A DNA stretch of 64,000 nt from an uncultured bacterium (GCA_963727525.1 CAVSGO010000006.1:128001-192000); one strand, 5' to 3'; shown: positions 49,471 through 59,172, counted from the stretch's first letter. Numbers and translations are program-made. Notes: generated by a model from the sequence alone, not told the origin.

Positions 49471-50388
49471 TCAGTGCGTGCGACGATTCAGCGCGGCCGC
49501 GCCCACGATGAGCAGTCCGCCCACGTAGCTCAGCACGTCGGGTCGCTCGCGCCAGATCAGGAGGCCGAGAGCAAGGGAGAACAGCACGTGGGCGTACGAG
49601 TAGATCGAGATGCGCGCGGCCGGTGCGTGGTGGTAGGACATGGTGAGGAAGATCTGTCCACCGGCGGCGAACACGCCCGTGCCCAGCAGCGCCAGCCACT
49701 GCCAGCCATGCGGCACGGACGTACCGCGCAGCAGGAAGGGCGCCACCATGACCGTCGAAATGAAGGAGAAGTAGAAGACGATGCGGCTCGGTGATTCCTT
49801 GCCCTTGAGCGCGCGCACGACCACGTAGGCGACCGCCGCGAACAGGCTCGACGCCAGCCCCGCCGCCGCCGGTAGCGGCGCCATGCCCAGCGTGGGCTTG
49901 AGCACCAGCGCCGCGCCCGCGAAGGCGATCATCACGCCGCCGAGCACGCGCCGCGTGATCCTCTCGCCGAGCACCATGGCCGCCAGTACCAGCACGAAGA
50001 ATGGCGAGAGCTTGTTCAGAAGGGCGGCGTCGGCGAGGAAGAGGTGGTCGACCGCGTAGAAGTACGATGCCACCCCCAGCAAGCCCGAAATCGAGCGCAG
50101 GATCAGCAGACGCAGGTGGCGCGTCGGGCCGAACGGATTCTCCCGCCGGGCCGCGAACGCGCCCGCCGTGATCGCCAGCGTCACCAGGTTGCGCGCCATC
50201 ACCTTCTCGGGCATGGGCAGGTCGCCGGAGAGCTTCACCATGGCCGCCATGAACGAGAAGCTCGCCGACGACACGAGCATGTACACCACCGCGCGGCCGA
50301 AGCGATCGGCGGCCAAGGGCTCGTGCCCCTCCGGCAGCAGGCGCTCGGGCGACCGGCGTTCCGCGAGTTGTCGTTCGGTTCGTGGCAT
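49471..50388 (-). CDS. DMT/EamA family transporter
   Basis: Two EamA repeats; SPFF...LGE and E.P.....GG motifs; about 10 TM segments. Confidence 0.9.
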   Translation of the reverse strand: MPRTERQLAERRSPERLLPEGHEPLAADRFGRAVVYMLVSSASFSFMAAMVKLSGDLPMPEKVMARNLVTLAITAGAFAARRENPFGPTRHLRLLILRSISGLLGVASYFYAVDHLFLADAALLNKLSPFFVLVLAAMVLGERITRRVLGGVMIAFAGAALVLKPTLGMAPLPAAAGLASSLFAAVAYVVVRALKGKESPSRIVFYFSFISTVMVAPFLLRGTSVPHGWQWLALLGTGVFAAGGQIFLTMSYHHAPAARISIYSYAHVLFSLALGLLIWRERPDVLSYVGGLLIVGAAALNRRTH

Positions 50389-50474
50389 GCGATGCTGATG
50401 GGGTGAGGGTGATGGGCGTGCGACCCGCAGAAGGTAGGGCTCGCGCTTCCCTGCAGCCAGGACGAGGAGCGCGC

Positions 50475-51866
50475 ATGCGCGACGGCAACGTGACCATGCA
50501 CTGGGAAGACGCCGCGCTCGGCGCCGTGGTGGCCGATGTCTGCCGCCGCGTGCGGGACGCCGGCGGCCGCGCCTGGCTGGTGGGCGGCAGCGTGCGCGAC
50601 ACCCTGCGCGGCGAGGCCGCCCACGACGCCGACGCCGAGGTCCACGGCCTGACGCCGGATGCCGTCGACGCCGCCTTGCGCGGGGGCAGCTACGTCGTCG
50701 ACGCCGTGGGCAAGGCCTTCGCCGTGTTCAAGCTGCACGACTGGCCGGTCGATGTCGCCCTGCCCCGGCGCGAGCGCAAGACGGGCCCCGGCCACCGCGG
50801 ATTCGACGTGGAGGTCGACCCGCAGCTCGGACTTCCGGCCGCCGCCGCGCGCCGCGACTTCACGCTCAACGCGATCTATCTCGACCCCCTCACGGGCGAG
50901 CTGGCCGATCCGCTCGGCGGCCGGGACGATCTCGCTGCCGGTCGTCTGCGCCACTGTTCGGAGGCGTTCGCGGAGGATCCTCTGCGCGTGCTGCGCGCGA
51001 TGCAGCTCGTGGCCCGCTTCGACCTCGAGGTCGCGCCCGAGACGGTGGCGCTGTGCCGTGGGCTGCGCGCCGAGGAGCTGCCGGTGGAGCGTGTGGCCGG
51101 CGAGTGGGAGAAGCTCCTGTTGCAGGGTGAGACCCCATCGCGCGGACTGCACTTCCTGCGCGACGCGCACTGGCTGCGATATTACCCCGAACTGGCCCGC
51201 CTCGACGGCTGCGGCCAGAACGAGCGCCACCACCCGGAGGGCGACGTCCTCGTGCACACGGGCCTGTGCCTCGACGCCTTCGCCCGCCGCCGCCTCGGCG
51301 ACCGCCTCGAGGACCTCATCGTGGGCCTCGCCGTGCTGTGCCACGATCTCGGCAAGCCCGACACCGTCGCCGTGATCGACGGCGTGATCCGCACCTACAA
51401 CCACCACGCCGCCGGCGAGGCCCCCACCCGGTCCCTCCTCGCCCGCCTGACCCGCCGCCAGGACATCGTGACCCAGGTCCTGCCCCTCGTCCGCCACCAC
51501 AACGCCCCGAATTTCTTCTTCAAGGACGGCGCCGGCCCCGCCGCCATCCGCCGCCTCGCCCGCACCGTCGGCCGCCTCGACAGATTGGTCCGCGTCGCCC
51601 GCGCCGACTGGCAAGGCCGTGGCGATCTCGACTGCCCGTGCCCCGGCTGCGACTGGCTCCTCGAGCGCGCCGCCGACCTGGGCATCAGCGACCATGCGCC
51701 CACGCCGCTGGTGCAGGGAAGGCACCTCATCGCCCTGGGTCTGGAACCGAGCCCCCGGTTCAAGAAGCTCCTCGATGCATGCTACGAAGCCCAGCTCGAC
51801 GGGATCTTCACGGACGAAGCGGGCGCTCAGGTGTATGTCGAGGAGATGGTACGCCAGTGGCGATAG
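50475..51866 (+). CDS. CCA tRNA nucleotidyltransferase / poly(A) polymerase family protein with HD domain
   Basis: LVGGSVRD, DAD, RRDFTLNA, EDPLRVLR, HPEGDV..HT and HDLGKP; GAGGAG RBS. Confidence 0.92.
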   Translation: MRDGNVTMHWEDAALGAVVADVCRRVRDAGGRAWLVGGSVRDTLRGEAAHDADAEVHGLTPDAVDAALRGGSYVVDAVGKAFAVFKLHDWPVDVALPRRERKTGPGHRGFDVEVDPQLGLPAAAARRDFTLNAIYLDPLTGELADPLGGRDDLAAGRLRHCSEAFAEDPLRVLRAMQLVARFDLEVAPETVALCRGLRAEELPVERVAGEWEKLLLQGETPSRGLHFLRDAHWLRYYPELARLDGCGQNERHHPEGDVLVHTGLCLDAFARRRLGDRLEDLIVGLAVLCHDLGKPDTVAVIDGVIRTYNHHAAGEAPTRSLLARLTRRQDIVTQVLPLVRHHNAPNFFFKDGAGPAAIRRLARTVGRLDRLVRVARADWQGRGDLDCPCPGCDWLLERAADLGISDHAPTPLVQGRHLIALGLEPSPRFKKLLDACYEAQLDGIFTDEAGAQVYVEEMVRQWR

Positions 51867-52025
51867 CGGGCCGTCTTCTAGGCCGTTGGTATTTGACGAA
51901 CCGTTTGGCCAGCCGGATCGGCCCGGTCACGTCGCTGGCAGGATCCGGCGCCGCGTCAGGACCGCCCGCTGCTCAACGTAGGCGTCGGGTACTGGAGACT
52001 CTGGAAGATTCAAAGGAGGTATTGC

Positions 52026-52406
52026 ATGAAGCGAGTCACCGGGATCGGAGGAGTATTTTTCAGGGCCAAGGACCCAGGGGCGCTGCAGATCTGGTACAAG
52101 ACACACCTCGGCATCGACGTTCAGGAATGGGGTGGCACCGCGTTTCGCTGGGTCGACGATGCTGGCACTCCAGCGAACGGCATGACCGTCTGGTCGATCG
52201 GGGATGGCTCGAACTTCGTTCCGGGTACGGCCCCCTTCATGATCAACTATCGGGTTGCGGACCTTCATGCACTGATGGAAGCACTCCGCAATGAGGGGTG
52301 CCAGGTTCTTGATAAGGTGGATGAATCAGAATTCGGGAAGTTCGGGTGGGTCGTCGATCCGGAAGGAAACAAGGTCGAGTTGTGGCAGCCGCCGGAGGGC
52401 CAGTAG
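52026..52406 (+). CDS. VOC/glyoxalase family protein
   Basis: RVTGIGGVFF, MINYRV and DPEGNKVELW; AAGGAGG RBS. Confidence 0.92.
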   Translation: MKRVTGIGGVFFRAKDPGALQIWYKTHLGIDVQEWGGTAFRWVDDAGTPANGMTVWSIGDGSNFVPGTAPFMINYRVADLHALMEALRNEGCQVLDKVDESEFGKFGWVVDPEGNKVELWQPPEGQ

Positions 52407-52481
52407 CCCCACGGCCTGCCGCGGCCCTAGAGGCAGCTTGCCGGTCGGGGCGCGCCACATTTCACCGAGGCGCGCCGGTCG

Positions 52482-53729
52482 CTAGTCCTGGCAACGCACC
52501 TCGACCCGGCGGTTCATGGCGCGGCCGCACTCGTCGTCGTTCGACGCGACCGGTCGCGCCTCGCCTGCGCCGGCGGCTGAGAGTCTGCCGGCTTCTACGC
52601 CACGTGCGACGAGGTCGGCCACGACCGCGATCGCCCGGCGCTCGGAGAGGGTCTGGTTGTAGGCCGCCTCGCCCTCACTGGACGTGTGCCCCTCGATGAG
52701 CACCGTCGCCGACGCTTCGGCCTGCAGCCCGCGCGCGAGCTCGGCCAGGACCGGCGCCGACTCGGGCCGGATGACGTCGGAATCGAAGTCGAAGGTGATG
52801 CCCTGGATCACCGAGCCGCACCCGAGCCGCGGCGGTGCCGGATCCGCACAGTCGCTCACCGGATCGGTGTCCGTGGGCGCGCCGGTGTAGAGCGCGAAAG
52901 GTGCGCCGTTGGTCGACCGCACGCCGCGAATGGTCCCGTCATCGGTGACGCCCAGGATGAACAGGCTGACCACGCCGTCGCTGCGGCCGGTGCCGGTGGC
53001 GCGTAGGATGCTCCCGGTGACGGTGCCCTCGAGACGCGACCCGTCGTCGTAGCAGCCGGCGACCAGGGCCCCTTCCTGCACCAGCCGCAGGTGCACGCCG
53101 CGATCGCGCCACATGCCCGTGAATGCGGTGGAGAGCGCGGGTGTCTCCTGCGTGCCATTGCCGATGATCTCGCTGAACTCGAGGAACATCTGATCGCGGT
53201 CCATCGCGATGCCGCCTTGCAGGCGTACGCGCACCCATTGCACCGGCATCGTCGCCTGCAGGGCGAGGTCGGTCACCTGGCCGCGCCGCGCATGCGTGGT
53301 GAGCGTGCCGCGGGCAAGCAGGGTCCACGGCCCGTCCGGGCCCGCGGCCGAACCGTGGACCTCGACCTTCCGCGTGAAGGTCTGCGACGGGCTCGGCGTC
53401 TCGAGCACCTCGGGCACGGCGAGCCGGTCGAAGGTGGTGGGCGCCGGCAACGCGAAGACGAACCCGGTCACCGTGGTCGAGTCGGCCCGGTTCACCAGCG
53501 GGAAGTCGCCGGGATAACCGTCGACGATCTGCAGAGCGTGGGTGAGATTCGTACCCTTGCCCGCTCCCGAGCTTTCCACGCGCAATGGTACGGCACCGCG
53601 GGCGAGCGTGAGGTAGTCGATCCGCGATGGCGGATCCTCGCGGTCACGGATGGTGGGGGAGTCTGCCTGGGCCAGGCCGAACGAGGTGGCAGACATGGCG
53701 AGGGCGAGGGTGACGGCGATGAGGCGCAT
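52482..53729 (-). CDS. Exported OmpA-domain protein
   Basis: Signal peptide; FDFDS, IEGHT, N..LSERRA and NRRVE; discoidin-like N-terminal region. Confidence 0.88.
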   Translation of the reverse strand: MRLIAVTLALAMSATSFGLAQADSPTIRDREDPPSRIDYLTLARGAVPLRVESSGAGKGTNLTHALQIVDGYPGDFPLVNRADSTTVTGFVFALPAPTTFDRLAVPEVLETPSPSQTFTRKVEVHGSAAGPDGPWTLLARGTLTTHARRGQVTDLALQATMPVQWVRVRLQGGIAMDRDQMFLEFSEIIGNGTQETPALSTAFTGMWRDRGVHLRLVQEGALVAGCYDDGSRLEGTVTGSILRATGTGRSDGVVSLFILGVTDDGTIRGVRSTNGAPFALYTGAPTDTDPVSDCADPAPPRLGCGSVIQGITFDFDSDVIRPESAPVLAELARGLQAEASATVLIEGHTSSEGEAAYNQTLSERRAIAVVADLVARGVEAGRLSAAGAGEARPVASNDDECGRAMNRRVEVRCQD

Positions 53730-53815
53730 CCCATCTCCGATCGAGGGGGTGGCGATACGTCGAGATGAGAGGGCAAAATATCATACCAGATTGATCGCGG
53801 AAAGCGAATCCCGTC

Positions 53816-54472
53816 CTACGTCGCCGCGGCGGCATCCTGCTCGGAGAAGTAGCTGGCGAACTGGTCGGCCAGCGCGAGGCGGGCGGCCGCCAGGGCCGTC
53901 GCGGCCGTTTCGAATTCGCTTCGACGCAGCGACTCCGCGAGGCCATGCCAGGTCTCGAGCCAGCCACCGGCGTCCCAGCCGCGATCAACGGCCGCGCTGA
54001 TGTAGCGCAAAGTGAGCCGGTTCTGGCGCAGGGCGAGGGTGCGCAGGGTGAGGTTGCGGCAGCCGTCGAGCGTGATGCGCGTGAGCAGGTAGAACGTTTC
54101 CACGAGACCATCGCGGTCGGTGCGGCCGAGGCGGGCGCGGGAGAGCAGATTCTGCAGTTCCATCACCGCGCGGCCGTCGAGCGGGTCGCGATCGCGCAGT
54201 GCGGCGGGCTCGATGACGGCGAGCACGCGGCAGAGTTCGTTGATCTCGCGCGCGGTGAGCGGCGGTACCTGGAAACCTCGGCCCATGAACGACAGCAACA
54301 CGCCCTCGGCCTGCAGGCCGAGCATGGCCTCGCGCAGGGGGGTGCGGCTGATACCCAGGTCCTGCGACACGCGCGACTCATTCAGGTGCATGCCCGCCGG
54401 CAGGCGACCGTCGACGATGCGCGCGAGGATCTCGGCGCCGACGTCCGTTCGCAGGGGTTTGCGCTCAAACAT
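53816..54472 (-). CDS. GntR family transcriptional regulator (FCD)
   Basis: LNE...LGISRTPLREA..L..EG winged HTH. Confidence 0.9.
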   Translation of the reverse strand: MFERKPLRTDVGAEILARIVDGRLPAGMHLNESRVSQDLGISRTPLREAMLGLQAEGVLLSFMGRGFQVPPLTAREINELCRVLAVIEPAALRDRDPLDGRAVMELQNLLSRARLGRTDRDGLVETFYLLTRITLDGCRNLTLRTLALRQNRLTLRYISAAVDRGWDAGGWLETWHGLAESLRRSEFETAATALAAARLALADQFASYFSEQDAAAAT

Positions 54473-54505
54473 GCCACGTCCTTGCCGGGGCGTCGGCGAC
54501 GCGCC

Positions 54506-54814
54506 TCAGACCCGCACGACCGAGTTCTCGGCACCCTCGAAGCCACTGGGGCAGTACCGATCAGCACCGTCGTCGTTCTGCCAGGTCTTGCCGTCGAGGA
54601 GGTAGCGGTACTGGTACTCGCGTCCCACCTCGAGGTCGAGCGTCACCTTGAATTCGCCGCTCTTCAGCTTCTCCAGCGGTGTGGCGCGGGGGTTCCAGTC
54701 GTTGAACTCGCCGACGAGGCTGACCTTCCCGGCCCCGAGGGCCAGATCCTTGGGCAGCCGGAACGTCACCTTGCACACCGGCTTGCTCTTGAGAGGTTTC
54801 TTGATGACGCTCAT
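54506..54814 (-). CDS. Isoamylase early-set / CBM48 domain protein
   Basis: CKVTF, LVGEFNDW, YQYRYL.DG..W.ND..AD and NSV motifs; GGAGG RBS. Confidence 0.9.
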   Translation of the reverse strand: MSVIKKPLKSKPVCKVTFRLPKDLALGAGKVSLVGEFNDWNPRATPLEKLKSGEFKVTLDLEVGREYQYRYLLDGKTWQNDDGADRYCPSGFEGAENSVVRV

Positions 54815-54901
54815 GGACGAATCCTCCGTATAAAGACCCTCGATCTCATCTTTGGGCGCAAGATAGAGCCGATCCGGTCCAGGCGTCAAATCACGTCTCC
54901 G

Positions 54902-56218
54902 TCAATTCGCCGTGCCCAGTTCCAGCATGTACCCCGCCACCGCCTTGAGCTTCTCGTCGCCGAGCTTGAAGGCGGGCATCTGCGGAAAGCCCGCCCGCTT
55001 CTTGCCGGGGCTGCTCGCCCAGGTCACGATGCCGTCGGGATTGTCGGCATAGATCTTCGCAATCTCGCGCAGCGACGGGCCCACGAGCACACGGTCGGTC
55101 GTATGGCATGCCGCGCAGGTGCCCTGGAAGATCTTCTGGCCCAGGGGCACCTTCACGAGCGTCTGGCCCGTGGCTTCGCGCCACTGCGCGGCCGCCACTT
55201 GCCAGCCCAAGTCGCGCGTGTGGGCCGCGACGAGACGACGATGCTCGTTCAGCGCGTTCTCCCGGTAGACGTGGCGGCCGTAGCCCATGGCGAAGGCCGT
55301 GAGCGTGAGGAGTGTGAAGACGAGCACGCCGCGCGGCAGGGCTCGCGCGGCAGGCCGCGTCACCTCCCGCCACATCGTCACCGTGGCCACGATGGCCAGC
55401 GTCACGCCCACGCTGATGATCCCGATGAGGTACCAGCTCACGCCCTGGGCCGGCAGCGTCAACAACAACAACGGCCCGAACACCACCTGCATTGCCGTGG
55501 CGCCCAGGGTGATGCCATAGAAGAGGCGGCGCAGCGCGCGGCGATCGAGCTCCTGGAAGCGCGTCTCCACGTGGTAGCTGTCGCGCAGGAAGAACACGAG
55601 CAGAAAGAGTCCGGCGATCGCCACGCTCGCCGTGAGGAAGTGGAAGTATCGTGGCCACACGTTGGGCAGGGCCAGCGCGGAGACGAAGCCGTGGACCTCG
55701 GACCAGCGGCCAGGGAACAGCATCAGGTTGATGTTGGCCAGGAAGATGAGCGGGATGGCCAGGAACATCGCCGCGCCGGCCATGCCTATCGCGATGTGCA
55801 GGCCCTTGGCGTCGGCGAGCCTGTCCCATGTGTACTTGTGGATGTACGTCACCAGGAAGGCCACCGTCACGAGCGGGATGATCGCGATCCACGCCGCCCC
55901 GGTGAGCGCGTTGGCCGAATAGAAGTACACCGTGTACACCAGGTTGAGGGCCAGTAGCGGCCCCACGCCCAGCACCACGGCCAGGCTCTTGTTCACGGTC
56001 ACGGTGCCGGCGATCTCCCTCGCGAGCACGTCGAAATCACGACGCCGGCGGCCGAGCAGCTCGAACACCACCGTGAGCAGCGAGCCGCCCACCATGAGGT
56101 TCACGAAGAGGATGTGCCACAGGAAGAGCAGCACGAGCAGCGTGTTGACGACCACGGAGTCCGCCGGCAGCGGCAGCGGAATGTCGCGCGGCAGGGGCCA
56201 GTTGGCGATCGAGTCCAT
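54902..56218 (-). CDS. CydA-like membrane protein with C-terminal c-type heme
   Basis: HILFVN, VVLGVGPLL and RYFHF TM motifs; CAACH..VGPSL...MP class I cytochrome c domain. Confidence 0.8.
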   Translation of the reverse strand: MDSIANWPLPRDIPLPLPADSVVVNTLLVLLFLWHILFVNLMVGGSLLTVVFELLGRRRRDFDVLAREIAGTVTVNKSLAVVLGVGPLLALNLVYTVYFYSANALTGAAWIAIIPLVTVAFLVTYIHKYTWDRLADAKGLHIAIGMAGAAMFLAIPLIFLANINLMLFPGRWSEVHGFVSALALPNVWPRYFHFLTASVAIAGLFLLVFFLRDSYHVETRFQELDRRALRRLFYGITLGATAMQVVFGPLLLLTLPAQGVSWYLIGIISVGVTLAIVATVTMWREVTRPAARALPRGVLVFTLLTLTAFAMGYGRHVYRENALNEHRRLVAAHTRDLGWQVAAAQWREATGQTLVKVPLGQKIFQGTCAACHTTDRVLVGPSLREIAKIYADNPDGIVTWASSPGKKRAGFPQMPAFKLGDEKLKAVAGYMLELGTAN

Positions 56219-56236
56219 CGTGCGGTTCTCCTGTGA

Positions 56237-57613
56237 TCAGCGTCCGAAGCCGGCCGTCTGCACCCCGTCCAGGGGAGCGGGGTCGGCACGCAGCGAGATG
56301 ATGTAGTCGGCGAGCGCGGACTTCTCCTCCGCGGTGCCCGGCACCGGCGGCATGAAGGGGCGCGCGTTCTGGATGCCATCGAGATAGGTGACCAGGGCGG
56401 CGTGGTCCCAGCCTTGCCAGCCGTACATCGCGCCGAACTTCTGCACGATACTGTTCACGCCGTGAGTGGTGTGGCAGCGGCTGCACGCGAGGCGGAACAT
56501 CTCGCGGCCGGCCATGAGTGTATTGTCGTCGGTGACGTCGTGCACCACGGCGTAGGAGGCGTGGGCCAGCAGGCCGTCTTCCGCGTAGAGCGGGTAGTCC
56601 TGGGCGCGCAGCCCGTTGCTGTACATGTAGGCCTGGACGACCTCGGGCTTGCGGATGAACTCGCGCACGCGCTCGAAGTAGCTGAGCTGCCACACCGCGA
56701 AAAGCACCGGCACGATCATCGCCACAGCAGGCAGGCGGCGTGGCGCCAGCAAACCCCACACGGCGACCAGCACGACCACGCCCACCGAGACCGCGATGAC
56801 GACGCGTAGCGGATCGTAGAGCTGCTGGAAGTTCAACGTCGTAAGGGCCACGGGGAGGTTGGCGTGCATGCGTTCGGGGATGACCTTCCAGTACGACCAC
56901 GCGCCCACCAGCCACGCCGGGCTGAAGGCCAGGGCCCAACCGCTGATCGCGCGCACGGCGCGACCGCGGAACTCACTGCCGCGCTCGGTGAAGAGCACCG
57001 TCAGGAAGAGGGCGAACATGGCGGCCGTCACCAGAGCCAGTGGTGTGCGGAAGAAGAGCTGCGGTAGGTAGACGGGGTTGAGCGCCGCGGTCCAGAAGCC
57101 TGGATTCACCGTCCACACGCCGGTGTCCATCTGGAAGCTGAGGATGGCCACGATCACGGCCATGGTCAGCCAGGAGGCGACGCTCAGCGCCACGCCCAGC
57201 CCGAGGTGCGCCTTCTTGTGCGCCTTCGCCCACATCGTCTTCCACGACAGCATGTAGATCAGGATGAGGGCCACCTCGGTCACGAAGACCGTCCACTCGA
57301 AGAACCACGCCCAGAAAAAGACGCGGATCAGGGAGCCTATGGCGTTGGGGTTCACGAGGCTGGTCGACAGCCAGATGCCCACGCCCGTGAGCGCGCCCAG
57401 GCTGGTGGTGACGATGAACGCCACGAACAGGATGCGATACGCCAGGCGGTCCCACTGCTCGTCGCGAGTGCGGATGCCCAGCCACTCCAGATACGTCACC
57501 AGCGGCGCCAGCCCCACGGCCAGCATGTGGTTGATGATCACGTGGAGGGAGGCGATCACCGCGATCAGCAGGCGGTTGCCGAAGAAGTCGAGGTGAAAGA
57601 CCGGGAAATCCAT
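56237..57613 (-). CDS. Cytochrome bd subunit I (CydA)-like protein with C-terminal c-type heme
   Basis: HVIINH, GALTGVG, WFFEW.VF.TE and REFIRKP; CSRCH...FMPP. Confidence 0.82.
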   Translation of the reverse strand: MDFPVFHLDFFGNRLLIAVIASLHVIINHMLAVGLAPLVTYLEWLGIRTRDEQWDRLAYRILFVAFIVTTSLGALTGVGIWLSTSLVNPNAIGSLIRVFFWAWFFEWTVFVTEVALILIYMLSWKTMWAKAHKKAHLGLGVALSVASWLTMAVIVAILSFQMDTGVWTVNPGFWTAALNPVYLPQLFFRTPLALVTAAMFALFLTVLFTERGSEFRGRAVRAISGWALAFSPAWLVGAWSYWKVIPERMHANLPVALTTLNFQQLYDPLRVVIAVSVGVVVLVAVWGLLAPRRLPAVAMIVPVLFAVWQLSYFERVREFIRKPEVVQAYMYSNGLRAQDYPLYAEDGLLAHASYAVVHDVTDDNTLMAGREMFRLACSRCHTTHGVNSIVQKFGAMYGWQGWDHAALVTYLDGIQNARPFMPPVPGTAEEKSALADYIISLRADPAPLDGVQTAGFGR

Positions 57614-57810
57614 GACGGGCATCCTCTTCGGTTGCATGCGCGGGCCAGGTGCGCGCGGCGGGGGCCTTCACGCCGCGTTCCTCGCATATCCGCGTGGCCC
57701 ACGCCGGAAACCCCACCGGAATCGTGTGAGTTAAGTCTTTCTCGAAGAAGAAGTTACGCGACGCGGCATGGTAATGGCAAGGCGGGACACACGCCAGCAC
57801 GCGATAGCCT

Positions 57811-57836
57811 GGAACACACCGGGGTGGCGTCCGTAA
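57811..57836 (+). promoter_or_regulatory. Putative ECF-sigma promoter
   Basis: GGAAC-N16-CGTAA upstream of ATG 57918. Confidence 0.55.
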
Positions 57837-57917
57837 GGACCGGGTTCGATCTTGGGTACGACGCGTAGCGCCGACCGTCCCGGCCGGCGCGCCTTCCCAC
57901 GATGGAGGTCGTTTTCG

Positions 57918-59105
57918 ATGCGCAAGTTCTCCCTCACGTTCCTCGTCGGCCTGGTCGCGGTCCTGGCACTCGCGGCCGGAACGGCGCACGCCCTGCCGGC
58001 GGCGCCGATCATCGCCCAGAGCTGGGACGAGGCGGTGGCGTTGTCTCAGCAGCACGGTTCGCCGATCGTCATCGACTTCTATACCGACTGGTGACCGAGC
58101 TGCAAGGTCTTCGCCCGTGAGGTGGAGGAGAATCAGCAGCTTCGCGGCTATCTGGCCGGGATCGTGCTCTTCAAGAACAACTGCGAGAAGGGTGCGGGCA
58201 TCGATGTCGCCAAGAAATACGAAGTGCACGTATACCCGACCTTCGCCATGGTCGACGCCAGCGGCGAGGTGACCGATCGCTGGGCCGGCTACCAGGGCGC
58301 CGACGGCTTCATCGCCACCGTGGACGCGGCCCAGGCCGACCCCCGGACGATCAAGGAGAAGGTGGCGGCGTTCGACGAGGAACCGACGGTGGCGCTGTCG
58401 CGCTCGCTGGGACAGTACAGCGAGGCGGTGGGTGCGAACACCGACGCCATCAAGTACTACCGCAAGGCGATGGTCCTTGACTCAACGCTCGCCAAGGAGA
58501 TGCGCAGCCAGGTCTTCATGGCCGCGTTCTATGGGTTGCGTTCGGGTGAGGTGACGGGCGATCAGCTCATGGCCGTGGGCCACGAGATCATGGATGCGCC
58601 CGGGAGCGATGCGAACGACTATCTCATGGTCGCCAGTATCGCCAAGCGCGTGGCGTCGGCCAACGACTACGTGCCGATCCTGCAGAAGGCCCTGACCGCC
58701 ACGGCGAATTCCGACGATCCGGAGATGGCGGAGTACCGGCAGGATCTCCTCGTCGACGAGGCTCTCCTGATCAAGAACGACAAGGACGAGGCCCTGCGTC
58801 TCAAGCGGGATACGCTCACCGACACGTGGCGCAACGATCCCGATGAGATCAACAGCTTCGCCTGGTGGTGCTACGAGAACGACCTCAACCTGACCGAGGC
58901 CTACGACCTCGCCATGCGCGGCGCCGATCTGGCCGCCGACGACGGCACCCGGGCCAACATCCTCGACACGGCGGCCTACATCGCCTTCAAGAAGGGCGAC
59001 CAGGCCAAGGCTATCGAGCTGGAGACACGCGCCGTGAAGTTGGCTCCCGATCGCCAGGGTCTGCAGCGCACGCTGGAGAAGTTCAAGAGCGGGGAGGCCG
59101 GCTGA
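57918..59105 (+). CDS. Exported thioredoxin-family (UxxC) TPR protein, candidate selenoprotein, 395 aa with Sec at residue 59
   Basis: GGAGG RBS; signal peptide; IDFYTDW-TGA(58092-58094)-PSCK is in frame with the downstream ORF carrying the YPT cis-Pro loop and TPR-like helices. Confidence 0.88.
58097..58142 (+). other. Candidate bacterial SECIS element
   Basis: Upper stem TCTTCGCC/GGTGGAGG with loop CGTGA; lower stem GAGCTGC/GCAGCTT; directly 3' of the UGA. Confidence 0.6.
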
Positions 59106-59130
59106 GACTTCCCGAGACGCCCGTATCGAT

Positions 59131-59172
59131 GCAAGCGGCCGTGGATCTCTGGATCCGCGGCCGCTTGCTTTT
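59131..59172 (+). terminator. Rho-independent terminator
   Basis: GCAAGCGGCCGTGGATC-TCTG-GATCCGCGGCCGCTTGC followed by TTTT. Confidence 0.85.

Noticed and set aside
57820-57860. GGGTTCGAT resembling a tRNA T-loop near the selenoprotein (possible selC)
   Set aside because: The T-stem does not pair, and no acceptor stem or UCA anticodon arm could be built
58122-59105. Stand-alone 327-aa gene starting at GTG 58122
   Set aside because: It has no RBS or signal peptide and would lack the first half of the thioredoxin fold; UGA readthrough explains it better
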